A DNA stretch of 64,000 nt from Heterodontus francisci (taxonomy: Eukaryota), in assembly GCF_036365525.1 (NCBI RefSeq), contig NC_090394.1, positions 70,528,741 to 70,592,740 of the forward strand, in the 5' to 3' direction. Below, in pieces: positions 13,000 through 24,426 of the stretch. The translations under genes and the position numbers were made by a program. The notes beneath the pieces are model-generated. The model had not been told where the DNA came from. It searched no databases and saw only the letters and a program-made list of their open reading frames with translations. The stretch's first letter is position 1. Each line of letters begins with the position of its first letter.

Positions 13000-13490
13000 C
13001 TTCACCCTTCTTCATCTCACCCTATCAGCATACTTTTGCCCTCATGTGTTCAGCTTCTCCTTAAATATATCTATGCTATTCACCTCAACTGGTCCCTGAG
13101 GTATTGAGCTCCACATTCTCACTACTCTTTGGGTACGGAGGTTTCTTCTGAATTCTCGATCAGATTTATTAGCAATTTACGGCCCCTAGTTTTGGCCTCC
13201 CATTCAAGTGGAAAAATCTTCTTTACATCTAACTTATCAACCTCTTTAATAACAAGCACATACAAGTTGGATCAAATGGCCTGTTTCTGTGCTGTATATT
13301 CTATTTATTAATCTTATAGGCTTCTATTGCATCACATTACAGCCTTCTCTTTTCTGGGGAAAAATGCCTCCGGGCTGTTCAATCTTTCCTGATAGGTATA
13401 ACCTCTGTTCTGATATCATCTTGTCAATTTGTTTTGCGCCTTCACCTGTGCCTCAATATCCTTTTAATAACATGGAAGCCATAACAATGC
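13000..13490 (-). mobile_element. Decayed CR1 LINE 3' fragments
   Basis: Reverse complement of the CR1 ORF2 C-terminus/3' UTR motifs seen intact at 59.6-60.1 kb. Confidence 0.5.
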
Positions 13491-13704
13491 AATACTATTG
13501 GCAGCATTGTTGTAGAATAAAGCGTGAAGTATGTAAGTATATCTTAAGCATGGGTTTATTTTGCTCTGATTATAGGTTTAGGCTGAGAAAACAGTGTGAA
13601 CAATAATTGTACATAGTGTATGGTGACAATGCTGCCTTGCTCTGATATATAATGCCTCTTCTTGGTTGTTGGTATCTGTGCTTGTTGTCCTGCCTATCAA
13701 GCAT

Positions 13705-14465
13705 CACATTGGCTCGGTTGGGGGATACTGTTGTCTCAGTCAGAAGGTTGTGGGTTCAAGCCCCACGCCTGGGACTATGTCGAGACTTTCAATTCAGCAG
13801 CTCCATTGTCAAGGCTACTGCCTTTTGAATGTGATGTTGAATGGAAGTCCAATCTGCCTGTCCTGGTGGATGTTAAAGATTCTGTGCCACTATTCAAAGT
13901 AGAGCATGGAGTCTTTCTATTACCTTGGCCAACACTCTTCCATCAACCAAGTGCATCAGAATCTGTAGAATTAATTCATTTAAAGCCCACACACTGTCCA
14001 CTGCAATAACAGTGGCTGCACTTCAAAAGTAATTAAGTTGATTTAGTTTAGTTTAGAGATACAGCACTGAAACAGGCCCTTCGGCCCACCGAGTCTGTGC
14101 CGACCATCAACCACCCATTTATACTAATCCTACACTAATCCCATATTCCTACCACATCCCCACCTGTCCCTATACTTCCCTACCACCTACCTATACTAGG
14201 GGCAATTTATAATGGCCAATTTACCTACCAACCTGCAAGTCTTTTGGCTTGTGGGAGGAAACAGGAGCACCCGGAGAAAACCCACGCAGACACAGGGAGA
14301 ACTTGCAAACTCCACACAGGCAGGACCCAGAATTGAACCCGGGTCGCTGGAGCTGTGAGGCTGCAGTGCTAACCACTGCACCACTGTGCCGCTCATAAAG
14401 CATTATGAAGCACTTCAGGATATTCTGAGAACATGCTAAGATGCCGCAGAAATGCAAGCTTCTTC
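13705..14465 (+). mobile_element. Deu-SINE interrupted by HE1
   Basis: Head TGGCTCGGTTGG...TCAGAAGGTTGTGGGTTCAAGCCCC; tail resumes after 14392. Confidence 0.65.
14041..14392 (-). mobile_element. HE1-type V-SINE, full length
   Basis: As the 6150 copy; (TTTAG)n tail repeat. Confidence 0.88.
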
Positions 14466-14599
14466 TTTCTTTCATACCTGTTCGTAAAACAAAATTAGCC
14501 GGAGATTTGATCTTTGCTGCAACTCAGTATAGGATTGTAGGTTGGGTGCTCAATCAGCTTGTGTAAGACGATCCCAATTTAATATATTTCAAACATTAG

Positions 14600-15085
14600 A
14601 GAAAGGATATACAGGTACTGGAGAAGGTGCAAAAATATTTACAAGTGTGAAACAATAACTGAGAGGTTAGAATATCAGGAAAGAATGAACAGACTGAGAC
14701 TCTTCCTTCCAGAAAAGAGAAGGCTGAGGATTGACTGAATACAAGTCTTTAAAATTGTGAAAGGGTTTAAAACGGTTGATGTAGAGAAAATGTTTTCACT
14801 TGTTGGGGGAGTTCAAAACTTGTCATTAGTCATTAAAAAATCCAGTAGGAAATTCTGGTCTTTACCCAGAGAATGGTTAGAATGTGGGAATTGCTACCAC
14901 AGGGAGTAGTTGAGGGAATAGTTTAGATGCTTTAAGGGAAGTTAGATAAGCACACGAGGGAGAAAGCAATAAAAGATTATCTTGATAGAGTTAGATGAAC
15001 TAGGGTTTGAGGAGGTTCATGTGGAACATAAACGCTTGTATGAACCAGTTGGGCCGAATGGCCTGTTTCTGTGCTGTACAGAAAT
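14600..15085 (+). mobile_element. CR1 LINE 3' fragment
   Basis: Decayed LEKVQ...F.LEKRRLR...F.QR.V..WN.LP motifs; tail GGGCCGAATGGCCTGTTTCTGTGCTGTA. Confidence 0.7.
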
Positions 15086-15485
15086 GCTATGTAAAGCTAT
15101 GTGACAATACTGAGTACAGCTGTAAGATGCAGTCAAGTATTGTTGGGTGAATCTGATTCAGATGCTTGAGTTGGTTCCAAATCTGAGCACCGCAATGCCA
15201 CCTCTAGTTGGATCCTGTGACAACTTCAGGTCACTTGAGTGACAACTGCCTTGTTTAAAAGCCTGAAGCTGCTCACACAAGTGCCAACAGCAAGACACAA
15301 GTAAGGCCTGAGTTCGTCCAAACCAGGAAACTGAAGCTACATATGGATTCTGCCAAGGTTTAGGGACTCGCTGCTGAAATTGTCACATTTCTGTTGTGGA
15401 CAGGCTGTTGTGGAAAGACTAAATTAGTTCTGAGAGCACATGGGATGACAATATGCTATGGAACCTGACAATGATATTTAAAAAC

Positions 15486-15816
15486 TTGATTGTCAGATTT
15501 TGCTTAAGGGTGATTCAAACTAAACTACAACTTGCATTTATAAAGTGCTTTTAATGTAATTAAAAATCCCAAGGCACTTTGCAGGAGTGTTATCAGAGCC
15601 ACCTTTTCTTCACTTCACCATTGGTGGCCATGCCTTCAGTTGCCTAGACCCTAAGCTCTGGAATTCCCTCGCTAAACCTCTCCGCCTGTATACTTCTCTC
15701 TCCTCCTTTAAGACGCTCCTTAAAATCTACCTCTTTGACCAAGCTTTTAGTCAGCAGTCCTAACGTCTCCTTATTTGGGTCGCTGCTTTGCTAAATTACA
15801 AGTACTACAATAATGC
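15486..15816 (+). repeat. Left arm of ~330-bp inverted duplication (L2-derived composite)
   Basis: Reverse complement of 17314-17369 plus 17830-18118, including the unique junction TATCAGAGCCACCTTTTCTTCACTTCACCATTGG. Confidence 0.9.
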
Positions 15817-16127
15817 ACAGCAAGCTTCCACAAACAGCAATGTGATAATAACCACAAAATCTGTTTATCTGATGTTGCTTAAGGGATAAATATTAACTGG
15901 GACAACTCCCCTGCTCTTCTTTGAAATAATGTCATGAGATCTTTAACTTCCATCTGAGAAGGCAGACAGGGCCTTGGTTTAAGGCTCACCACCGGCAGTA
16001 TAGCACTCCCTCAGTACTGCACTTGGAGTGTCAGCCTTGATTTTTGTGCTTAAGTCCTGGAGTGGGACTTAAACACACAACCTTCTGACTCAGAGGTGAG
16101 AGTGCTGCCAACTGACCCATGGCTGAC
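15813..16127 (-). mobile_element. Deu-SINE 5' part (its 3' part lies inverted at 18115-18235)
   Basis: Minus copy ends ...GCTTGCTGTGCA; the family continuation CAAATTGGCTGC starts at 18115 on the plus strand. Confidence 0.8.
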
Positions 16128-16174
16128 AAACAGAATAAAATAAACAGGACTGAGCAACTGAATGGGAGATCCAT

Positions 16175-16450
16175 TCATAAAATCATAGAATGGTTACAGC
16201 ACAGGCGGAGGCCATTTGGCTCATCATGCCCTGCTAGTTCTCTGTAAGAGCAACTCAGCTAGTCCCACTTCCCCGCCTTTTCCTCATAACCCTACAATTT
16301 TTTTTCTCTTCAAATAATTAATCCAAATCCCTTTGCAGGGCACGATTGAATGTGCTGCCACCACACTTTCAGGCAGTGCATTCCAGACCCGAACCACTCA
16401 TGGCATAAAAATGTTTTTCCTCATGTCGCCATTGCTTCTTTTGCCAATCA
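16175..16450 (-). mobile_element. CR1 3' tail fragment
   Basis: ATCATAGAATGGTTACAGCACAGG..GGCCATT is the reverse CR1 tail. Confidence 0.65.
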
Positions 16451-17369
16451 CGTCCTCTGGTTCTTTTAAAGAGGAATCCACCCAATTTCATAAAGCGACT
16501 AATTTGTTCGGAAACTAAGTTACCTGTCGAGTGTTCTCGGTTTTGGACACATTTTCTTCATTGCTGGGGGAGGGGACGGGTCAGTTTATGGTGCATTCTG
16601 GGAAGGATGACATCATTGGAGCCACCCTGCACTGTCAGTCTGTCTACACTATCAACATTCCAGAGGGTTTTTTTTGGGTTTCCGAAGCAAAGCAGACTTT
16701 TATTTCCCCTTCTTTTATAAAAAGGCATGAGCCAACTTTCTATGGAAAGTCTTACAGCATTTATTGCATACAAGCTGGTGACAATTAGGTCATCCTAAAG
16801 CACAGCACATTGAAAGGGAGACAGGGAATGGCAGCTCCCTGATGGTAAATTAGCCACCGTGTTATAGACCAGACTTTTCCACAACACATGCTCCAGAAAT
16901 AGCTGAAATAAATCTTTGAAATTTGACGTTTTCTTTGCTTCTGCTCCAATTCCCATATATCATGCAGTAAGGTCATTGTGACTGAATTACTGTTTACGAA
17001 GGGGAAATCTGGTCATGAAATAAGATTTCTTTTTAAAACCCTACTTGTTAAGAAATGACAATGCAATAATATGAATTATGTCACTGCATCACTTGCATTT
17101 GGCATCATCTGCACATCACATCACCATGACAACAAATGCCAACCAAAAAAGGTTTTGCCAAATACTATTTTTTTTCCTTTTAAGATAATCATGGTATTTA
17201 TTTTCTTTTTTGCTTTCCTTTTCTCTGTTGTTTGGAGTTTTTCTCTCTATACACCAGGCATTCACCCAATCTCTGATTACTGCGTGCTGAGAATGGGAAT
17301 CTCAACAGTAACTTGCATTATTATAGTGCTTTAAATTTAACAAAGCACCAATCCAAATAAGGAGATGTT

Positions 17370-17829
17370 TTTCAGAGTATGACGGGCCCTCAATTTTACT
17401 TTTATTTTTAGTTATTTTTTTCTTTTTCCTTTTTTTTAAACTTTTTTTTGTGTTTATTTTATTTTATTTCATCTTAGTTTGTTCAGTTTGCTTACCCACT
17501 TTTTTTTTCATGTTTGTACTTGTGGCTGTTCAATTTTTCAGTCCGTTAACACCCTATCTGTACTAATGCTTTGACTTTCAACACACCATTAACATATTGT
17601 TTGCCTTTGCTGCACGACCCTCTGGTCAGCTATCCTGTGACCTTGTCCTATCTACACCTTCTCCTTTGTTATCTCTTGCCCCACCCCCGCTTTACTTGCT
17701 TATAACCTTTGACATTTCTAATATTTGCCAGTTCTGAAGAAGGGTCACTGACCTGAAACGTTAACTCTGCTTCTCTCTCCACAGATACTGCCAGACCTGC
17801 TGAATATTTCCAGCATTTCTTGTACTAAT
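17370..17829 (+). mobile_element. Penelope-like element 3'/pLTR fragment, 12-bp TSD TAAGGAGATGTT
   Basis: TSD at 17358-17369 and 17830-17841; T-rich body; hammerhead core; ends GCCAGACCTGCTGAATATTTCCAGCATTT like the copies at 19.2 and 38.5 kb. Confidence 0.75.
17727..17769 (+). ncRNA. Minimal type-I hammerhead ribozyme
   Basis: Stem I AGTT(17730-33)/AACT(17763-66); core CTGAAGA (17734-40); stem II within AGGGTCACTGACCT; GAAA (17755-58); palindromic AACGTT stem III; cleavage triplet GUU. Confidence 0.7.
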
Positions 17830-18114
17830 TAAGGAGATGTTAGGGCAGTTGACTAAAAACTTGGTCAAAGAGGTAGGTTTTAAGGAGCGTCTTAAAGGAG
17901 GACAGAGACATATACGGGCGGAGAGGTTTAGCAAGGGAATTCCACAGCTTAGGGTCTAGGCAACTGAAGGCATGGCTACCAATGGTGAAGTGAAGAAAAG
18001 GTGGCTCTGATAACACTCCTGCAAAGTGCCTTGGGATTTTTAATTACATTAAAAGCACTTTATAAATGCAAGTTGTAGTTTAGTTTGAATCACCGTAAAG
18101 CAAAATTTGACAAT

Positions 18115-18235
18115 CAAATTGGCTGCTGCATTTCCTACATTACAACAGTGACTACACTTCAAAGGTACTTCATTGGCTGTAAAGCACTTTGGGACATCCT
18201 GAGGTCATGAAAGATGCTATATAAATGCAAGTCCT
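18115..18235 (+). mobile_element. Deu-SINE 3' part
   Basis: CAAATTGGCTGC...GCTATATAAATGCAAGTC. Confidence 0.8.
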
Positions 18236-18931
18236 ACATTTCTTTTTAGCAAATGTTGGAAAATATTTTCACTGAACAGGTTATTCATCTCGGCATTTGC
18301 GAATGATTAAGGCAATTGGAAAAAAAACCATAACATTTCTGTAGCACCTTCTACAACCTCAGGATGTCCCAGGACAGCAAATGAAACACTGTTGAAGTGT
18401 TGTCACTTGCATAACGTAGGAAATTAATCTATTGGAGCAAGTTATCACACAGAATCTTGTATTTTCACCATGCTCCAAGAACATTCAAGTGCGCTCTGGT
18501 TCTGCCACAGCATCCTCTGATCCATTAAAGCACAAGCCCATAGTAAAATGCATGAAGAAATAGGCCTCTAGAATGTCTACATTCTGCATTGATAATAAAA
18601 CAAATCTGATCATAACATACTGCGCTTAAATGCAACTGATTATACACATGGGACCTCTGGCAGGGGCCCCATATTGGTAGCCCCATATGTTAATCCACCC
18701 TTGGCAATGAGCCGTCCTGTCTTTGCTTGTTTGCGAAGTCTCATCAAAATGCAAAGAGCAAATTGCACTGAACTGCAAAGAATTTTACAACACAGAAACA
18801 GGCCATTCAGCCCAACCGGTCAATGTCAGTGTTTATGCTCCACACCAGCCTCCTCCCACCCTACTTGGATTAACCCTATCAACACATTCTTCTATTCTTT
18901 TCTCCCTCATGTACTTACCTAACTTCCCCCT

Positions 18932-19420
18932 AAGTACTGCAGTTGCTGGAAATCTGGAATTAAACAGAAAACGATGTAAACACTCAGCTGGTCAGATAGC
19001 CACTGTGGAGAGAGGAGGAAGGTTAGGTACATGTCAGAATAATCCTTTGTCTGAACTGGAAGATGTTACAGGTGAATAACTTTCTCTCCTCCATACCTGC
19101 CTCTGTACTTGCAGAAAACTGTTGACGCCTTTAACTTCTTCCTGTTCAGACGAAAGGTCATCAACCCAAAACGTTAACTCTGTTTCTCTCTCCACAAATG
19201 CTGCCAGACCTTGCTCAGCATTTTCTGTTTTTATTTCAGATTTCCAGCATCCACAGTATTTAGTTTTTGAGCTTATACAGAAGAACAGAGTCAGGGGCAA
19301 GTGGGCAGGCAAAAAAAGAAGTGACCACATGCGCAAGAAATATGTAAAGTGATTTAGTGGAGAACAGGAGATAATAAATGACAAGTGATAAGAGTGTAAG
19401 AACAAGAGAGCACGATGAGA
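18932..19420. mobile_element. Oppositely oriented Penelope-like terminal fragments (- 18932-19080; + 19090-19265; - 19268-19420)
   Basis: CTGCAGTTGCTGGAAATCTG..AAACAGAAAA versus TTTTCTGTTTTTATTTCAGATTTCCAGCATCCACAGTA; decayed hammerhead CAGACGA...AAACGTTAACTCTG at ~19147-19182. Confidence 0.6.
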
Positions 19421-19801
19421 GAAATAAGATATATATACGAGACCCAGAGGATCTGCGAATGGTTAAAGCAGAGGAGCAGATGGGCGGGTAGCATGGAAAA
19501 ACTGGCAGAGTGGAGCAGGCTCATGTGGCTTGAAAGTGCAGAGAAACAGCCCTCAATCGTCAATACTAAAGGGAATACAAGCCAGGTTTGTACAACCTGT
19601 TCTCATAATTTAACCCTCTAAGCCCCAGTAGCATTCTGGAGTGGAAGAAAAAGGCAGGTAGACACAACAGGTACAGTCCACCTTGCTGGTCATGTACCAA
19701 TAGGGGATTGCAATCCCGGGCACCGACTCACAATCTCTCCCATCTCCAGAACCGCTGATGTGTTCGTTCTACATTTGCAGCAGCTGCAGCCAGCGAGAAA
19801 T

Positions 19802-22800
19802 TCATAGAGTCATAGAAACTTACAGCAGGGAAGGAGGCCATTTGGCCCATCGTGTCCAAGCCAGCCAACAAGGAGCGATCCAGCCTAATCCCACTTCCCA
19901 GCTCTTGTCTGTAGCCTAGTAAGTTACGGCACTTCAAGTACATATCCAAGTACTTTTTACGTTATGGGGTTTCTGCCTCTACCACCTTTCCAGGCAGTGG
20001 ATTCCAGACCCCCACCACCCTCTGGGTGGAAATCTCTCCCCTTGAATCCCCTCTAAACCTCCTATCTCTTACCCTAAATCTATACTCACTGGTTATGGAC
20101 CCCTCAACCAAGGGGAATAGGATCTTCCTATCCACTCTATGTAGGCCCCTCATAATTTCATACGCTTTAATTAGGTCTCCCCTCTGCCTCCTCTTTTTCA
20201 AAGAAAACAACTGTAGCCTATCCAATCTTTCCTCATAATTAAATTCTCCAGTCCAGGCAACATCCTCGTAAATCTCCTTCGTACCCTCTCTAGTGCAGTG
20301 ACCAGAACTGTATGCAGCACTCCAGCTGTGGCCTAACTAGTGTTTATTACAGTTCCAGAATAACCTCCCAGCTCATATTTTATGCCTCAGCTAATAAAGG
20401 CGAGTATCCCATATGCCTTCTTGACCACCTTATCTACCTGTCAAGCCACCTTCATGCATCTGTGGACATGCAGTCCAAGGTCCCTCTATTCCTCTACACT
20501 TCTCAGTATCCTACCATTTATTGTGTATTCCCTTGCCTTGTCAGCCTTCCCCAAATGCATTACCCCACATGTCTCTGGATTGAACTCCATTTGCCACTGT
20601 TCTGCCTACCTGACCAGTCCATTGATATCTTCCTGCAGTCTAAAGCTTTCTTCTTCATTATCAACCACATGGGCAATTTTTGTATCGTCTGCAAACCTCT
20701 TCATCATACCCCCTACAGTCAAGTCCAAATCATTGATATATAACACAAACAGCAAGGGATATAGTACTGAGCCCTGAGGAACCCTACTGGAAACAGTCTT
20801 CCAGCCACAAAAACACCCATTGACCATTACCCTTTGCTTCCTGCCTCTTTGCCAATTTTGGGTCCAACTTGCCACTTTCCCTCAGATCCCATGAGCTTTT
20901 ACTTTCGTGACCAGTCTGCCAATTGGGATCTTATCAAAAGCCTTGCTAAAATCCATGTAGATGACACCAAATATACTATCCTCTTCGATTGTCCTTGTTA
21001 CCTCCTCAAAAAAATTCAATCATGTTAATCAGACACGATCTTCTCTTAACATATTGGTGCTGACTGTCTTTGATTAATCCATGTCTTTTGAAATGAAGAT
21101 TTATTCTGTTTCTCATAAATTTTTCCAATAATTTTCCCACCACCGAGGTTAGGCTGACTGGCCTGTAACTACTCGGTCTATCCCTTTTTCCCTTTTTAAA
21201 CAATGGTACAATGTTGGCTGTCCTCCAGTCCTCTGGCACCATGCCTGTAGCCATAGAGGATTGGAAAATGATGGTCAGAGCCTCTGCTACCTCTTCTCTT
21301 TCTTCCCTTAACAACCTAGGATACATTCCATCCAGGCCTGGGGATTTATCCACTTTCAAAGATGTTAAATCTCTTAATACTTCCTCTTTCACTATGTTAA
21401 TTTCATCTAATATTTCACACTACTCCTCCCTTGATTGCAATGTCTGTAAAATCCCTCTCCTTTGTGAAAACAAATGCAAAGTATTCATTAAGAACCTCTG
21501 CCTCCACATACAGGTTATCCTTATGGTCACTAATAGGCCCTGCTCTTTCTTTAGTTATCCTCTTGCTCATTATGTATGTAAAAAAATCTTTGGGTTTTCC
21601 GTTATTTTACTTGGCAATGTTTTTTCATGGCCTCTCTTTGCTTTCCTAATTTCCTTTTTAATTTAACTCCTGCACTTCTTGTGCTCCTCGAGGTTTTCTG
21701 CTGTGTTGAGCCCTTGGCATCTGTCATAAGCTTCCCTGTTTTTCTTTATCTTCTCCTTTAAGGCCCTTGACATCCAGGGCTTTCTTGATTTGTTAGTCCC
21801 ACCATTTTTTTCTTTAAGGGAACATATTTGCTCTGAATCCTCACTATCTCTTCCTTGAATGCCTCCCACTGATCTGGCACTGATTTACCTTCAAGTAGCT
21901 GTTTCCAGTCCACTTTAGCTAAATCATATCTCAGCTTAGTAAAATTAGCTTTTCCCCAATTGAGAACATTTATTCCTGGTCTATCTTTGTCCTTTTCCAT
22001 AACTACCCTAATCTAACTGAAATATGATCACTTCCAGCAACATGCTCCCCAACAGAAACCCTTCCACCTGCCCAGCTTCATTCCCTAAAATCAATTCCAA
22101 AACCTCCCCCTCTCTTGTTGGGCTTGCTCTGTACTGGCTAAAAAGTTCTCCTGAATAAATTTTAAGAATTCTGCTTCCTCTGTGCCCTTCACATTAATTC
22201 TATCCCTGTTAATATAAGGGTAGTTGACATCCCCACTATTACTGCCCTATTGTTTTTGAACTTCTGAGAGATTTACCCTCTGTTTGCGGGTCTATAGTAC
22301 ACTCCCAGTAGTGTGATTTCCCCTTTTTTGTTCTTCAGTTCAACCCATAAGGCCTCATTTGATGATCCTTCGACCATATCATCTCTCCTCACAGCTCTAA
22401 TTGTTTCTTTAATCAATATTGTGCCCCCCACCCTTTCTATCCCCCTTCTGTCTTGTCTAAAAACCCTGTAATCAGGAATGTTGAGCTGCCAGTCTGCCCT
22501 TCTTTCAGCCATGTCTCAGTAATAGCTATAATACCATACTTCCACACGTCAATCTGCCTTAGCTCATCTGCCTTATTCTTAGACTTCTTGCATTGAAGTA
22601 TCTACCATTAAGCACTGTCAAACTCCCTTGTTGTCTATTCTATAGCCGTTGTTTCCTCTGCCTTCCAAACATGCTTATTAATTTTCTGTCTTCCATTTCC
22701 AAATTTTCTTCTGCCCCTTCTGAATCTACTCACAGGTTCCCATCCCCCTACCAAACTAGTTTAAACCCTTCCCAACAGCACCAGCAAAGCCCCCTGCGAG

Positions 22801-22968
22801 GATATTGGTCCCGGTCCAGTTGGGGTGCAATCAGTCTGGGCTTGTACAGGTCCCAGCTCCCCCAGAAGCAGTCTCAATGCCTCAGGAATCTAAAGCCCTC
22901 CCACTTGCACCATCTCTCGAGTCATGTATTCATCAGCTACATCTTCCTATTTCTGTGCTTACTAGCAC
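19802..22968 (-). mobile_element. 5'-truncated, decayed CR1 LINE (end of ORF1, APE endonuclease, RT)
   Basis: Fragmented ORFs DWQLNIPDYRVFR, KSPGLDGMYPRLL, VPQGSVLYPLLF...FADD, WNPLP; tail (CTATGA)n-like at 19802; many frameshifts. Confidence 0.92.
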
Positions 22969-22974
22969 TGGTTG

Positions 22975-23205
22975 GGGTCTGAAGCTGTTAATACCAATTT
23001 TTAAGGGCAGTGGGTTGCAAAGTGCCCAGTAGAAAGAGGAGTTGCTATTCTCCAAGCTTGTGTTGAGCTTCATTGAAAGAAGGGCGAGGGCAGAGAGTTC
23101 AGAGTGGAGGTGAGACGGAGAATTAAAGAGGCAGGTGACAGGGAGCTCAGGGTCAGAATGGAAGTGTTCAGCGAAGTGATTAGCAATTTTTGTTTGGCCT
23201 ATCCT
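22975..23205 (-). mobile_element. Penelope-like GIY-YIG endonuclease C-terminal remnant
   Basis: Minus ORF IGQTK...HFAEHFHSDPELPVTCLFNSPSHLHSELSAL resembles the PLE motif YIGET.R.L..RF.EH......LPVA.HFNSP.H. Confidence 0.7.
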
Positions 23206-24426
23206 AACGCAACATCTCATTACTTGCAGAGGGCATCATTATAATGAAAGTGACCCACAGCTAATCTTCCCGCTTCAAACAATGAAAGTTTTGCCAAATA
23301 TTTATTTTCCCCACAAAGGCATTGCTCCTTTAAGGATTAGTTCTGGGAAACTCATTAGGGACCATGAGGAAGAGATCAGGACCAGTCGAAACTGCAGTAA
23401 TTAGGCTCAGGGAGATGTTGGAAACTTGGAGCACATGGCTCTGCAAGGAACAAGTAACGTTTGTAATGCTCTCAAACATTATTCAACATTGTTAAAAAGG
23501 GAAAGAAGAGCTATCAAAATAGCTATATATTTATCCAAAACAATAACTCTTTTGCCCTTTTCAACCAACTCAAGTTGCATAGGGATACAGTGTGAATGGA
23601 AATTTCACGTTTGGCTTGTGTGTGTATATATGTATTTACTGTGTGTGTATGTATAATTAATCACATGAAAGAGAAGGGAAGGCAGGAGGAAAGGAAGGAG
23701 GGAGGGACAGGACAAATGAATGCATATTAATAGCAATCAATTGCAGGTAACAATTTTCTGCCCAACAACAGGGAACACATGAGGTCAAGATTTCCATTAT
23801 TGTATCATCTTTTTGAGGCTGAAACCTGAGATCCAATAAATGAGAGTTTTGTCTGGAATCCAGTCAAAGGAGACTTTAATGAAAACATTTGTGTTGCAGG
23901 CAAAACACAAAATGTAACAAGTATTTTACTGAACTGTTTGCATTTGTGACAGTGTAAATTAACCATTTACTGGATTGTTCTTAGACATTTTTCTTATACA
24001 CATTTATTGTACTTTTCTGTGTTGGTTGCTTCAGAAATAATTTTAAGTGCAAATAAATTTGATTGATTATTTTAGCCTGTGAGAAGTAGCTGTAGCATTT
24101 AACATCAACTGCCTTTCAGATGGACAAGGAACATAGTGAAATTGTCTGGAAATCCAGTAAATAACATGCCCTGATCTTGATTGTTAGACCCCGGCTACAC
24201 CAACTGATTATAACAAGGAATGACAGACAGATCACAAAGGATACTGTCTGTTTCCAGTAACTGTCATTCCAGCTTTTGCATGAGGAAACAGACTTGGAAA
24301 GAGGCTCAACAGAATGGAAATCGTATTCTAATAAAACTATTTACAGGAAGATTCTGCAAAGATGCAAACTCTTTCAAATTGCATTGCGGCCAATATTTGA
24401 GGCGAAAATTAAGCACAGCTCTCCTT

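Larger units (their letters stand above)
17314..18118 (-). repeat. Right arm of the inverted duplication, interrupted by a Penelope-like insertion
   Basis: See 15486-15816. Confidence 0.88.

Noticed and set aside
17220-17310. Possible PKD1 exon 2 after a pyrimidine tract (ACACCAG|G)
   Set aside because: The phase-2 reading hits TGA within 6 codons and has no LRR pattern.
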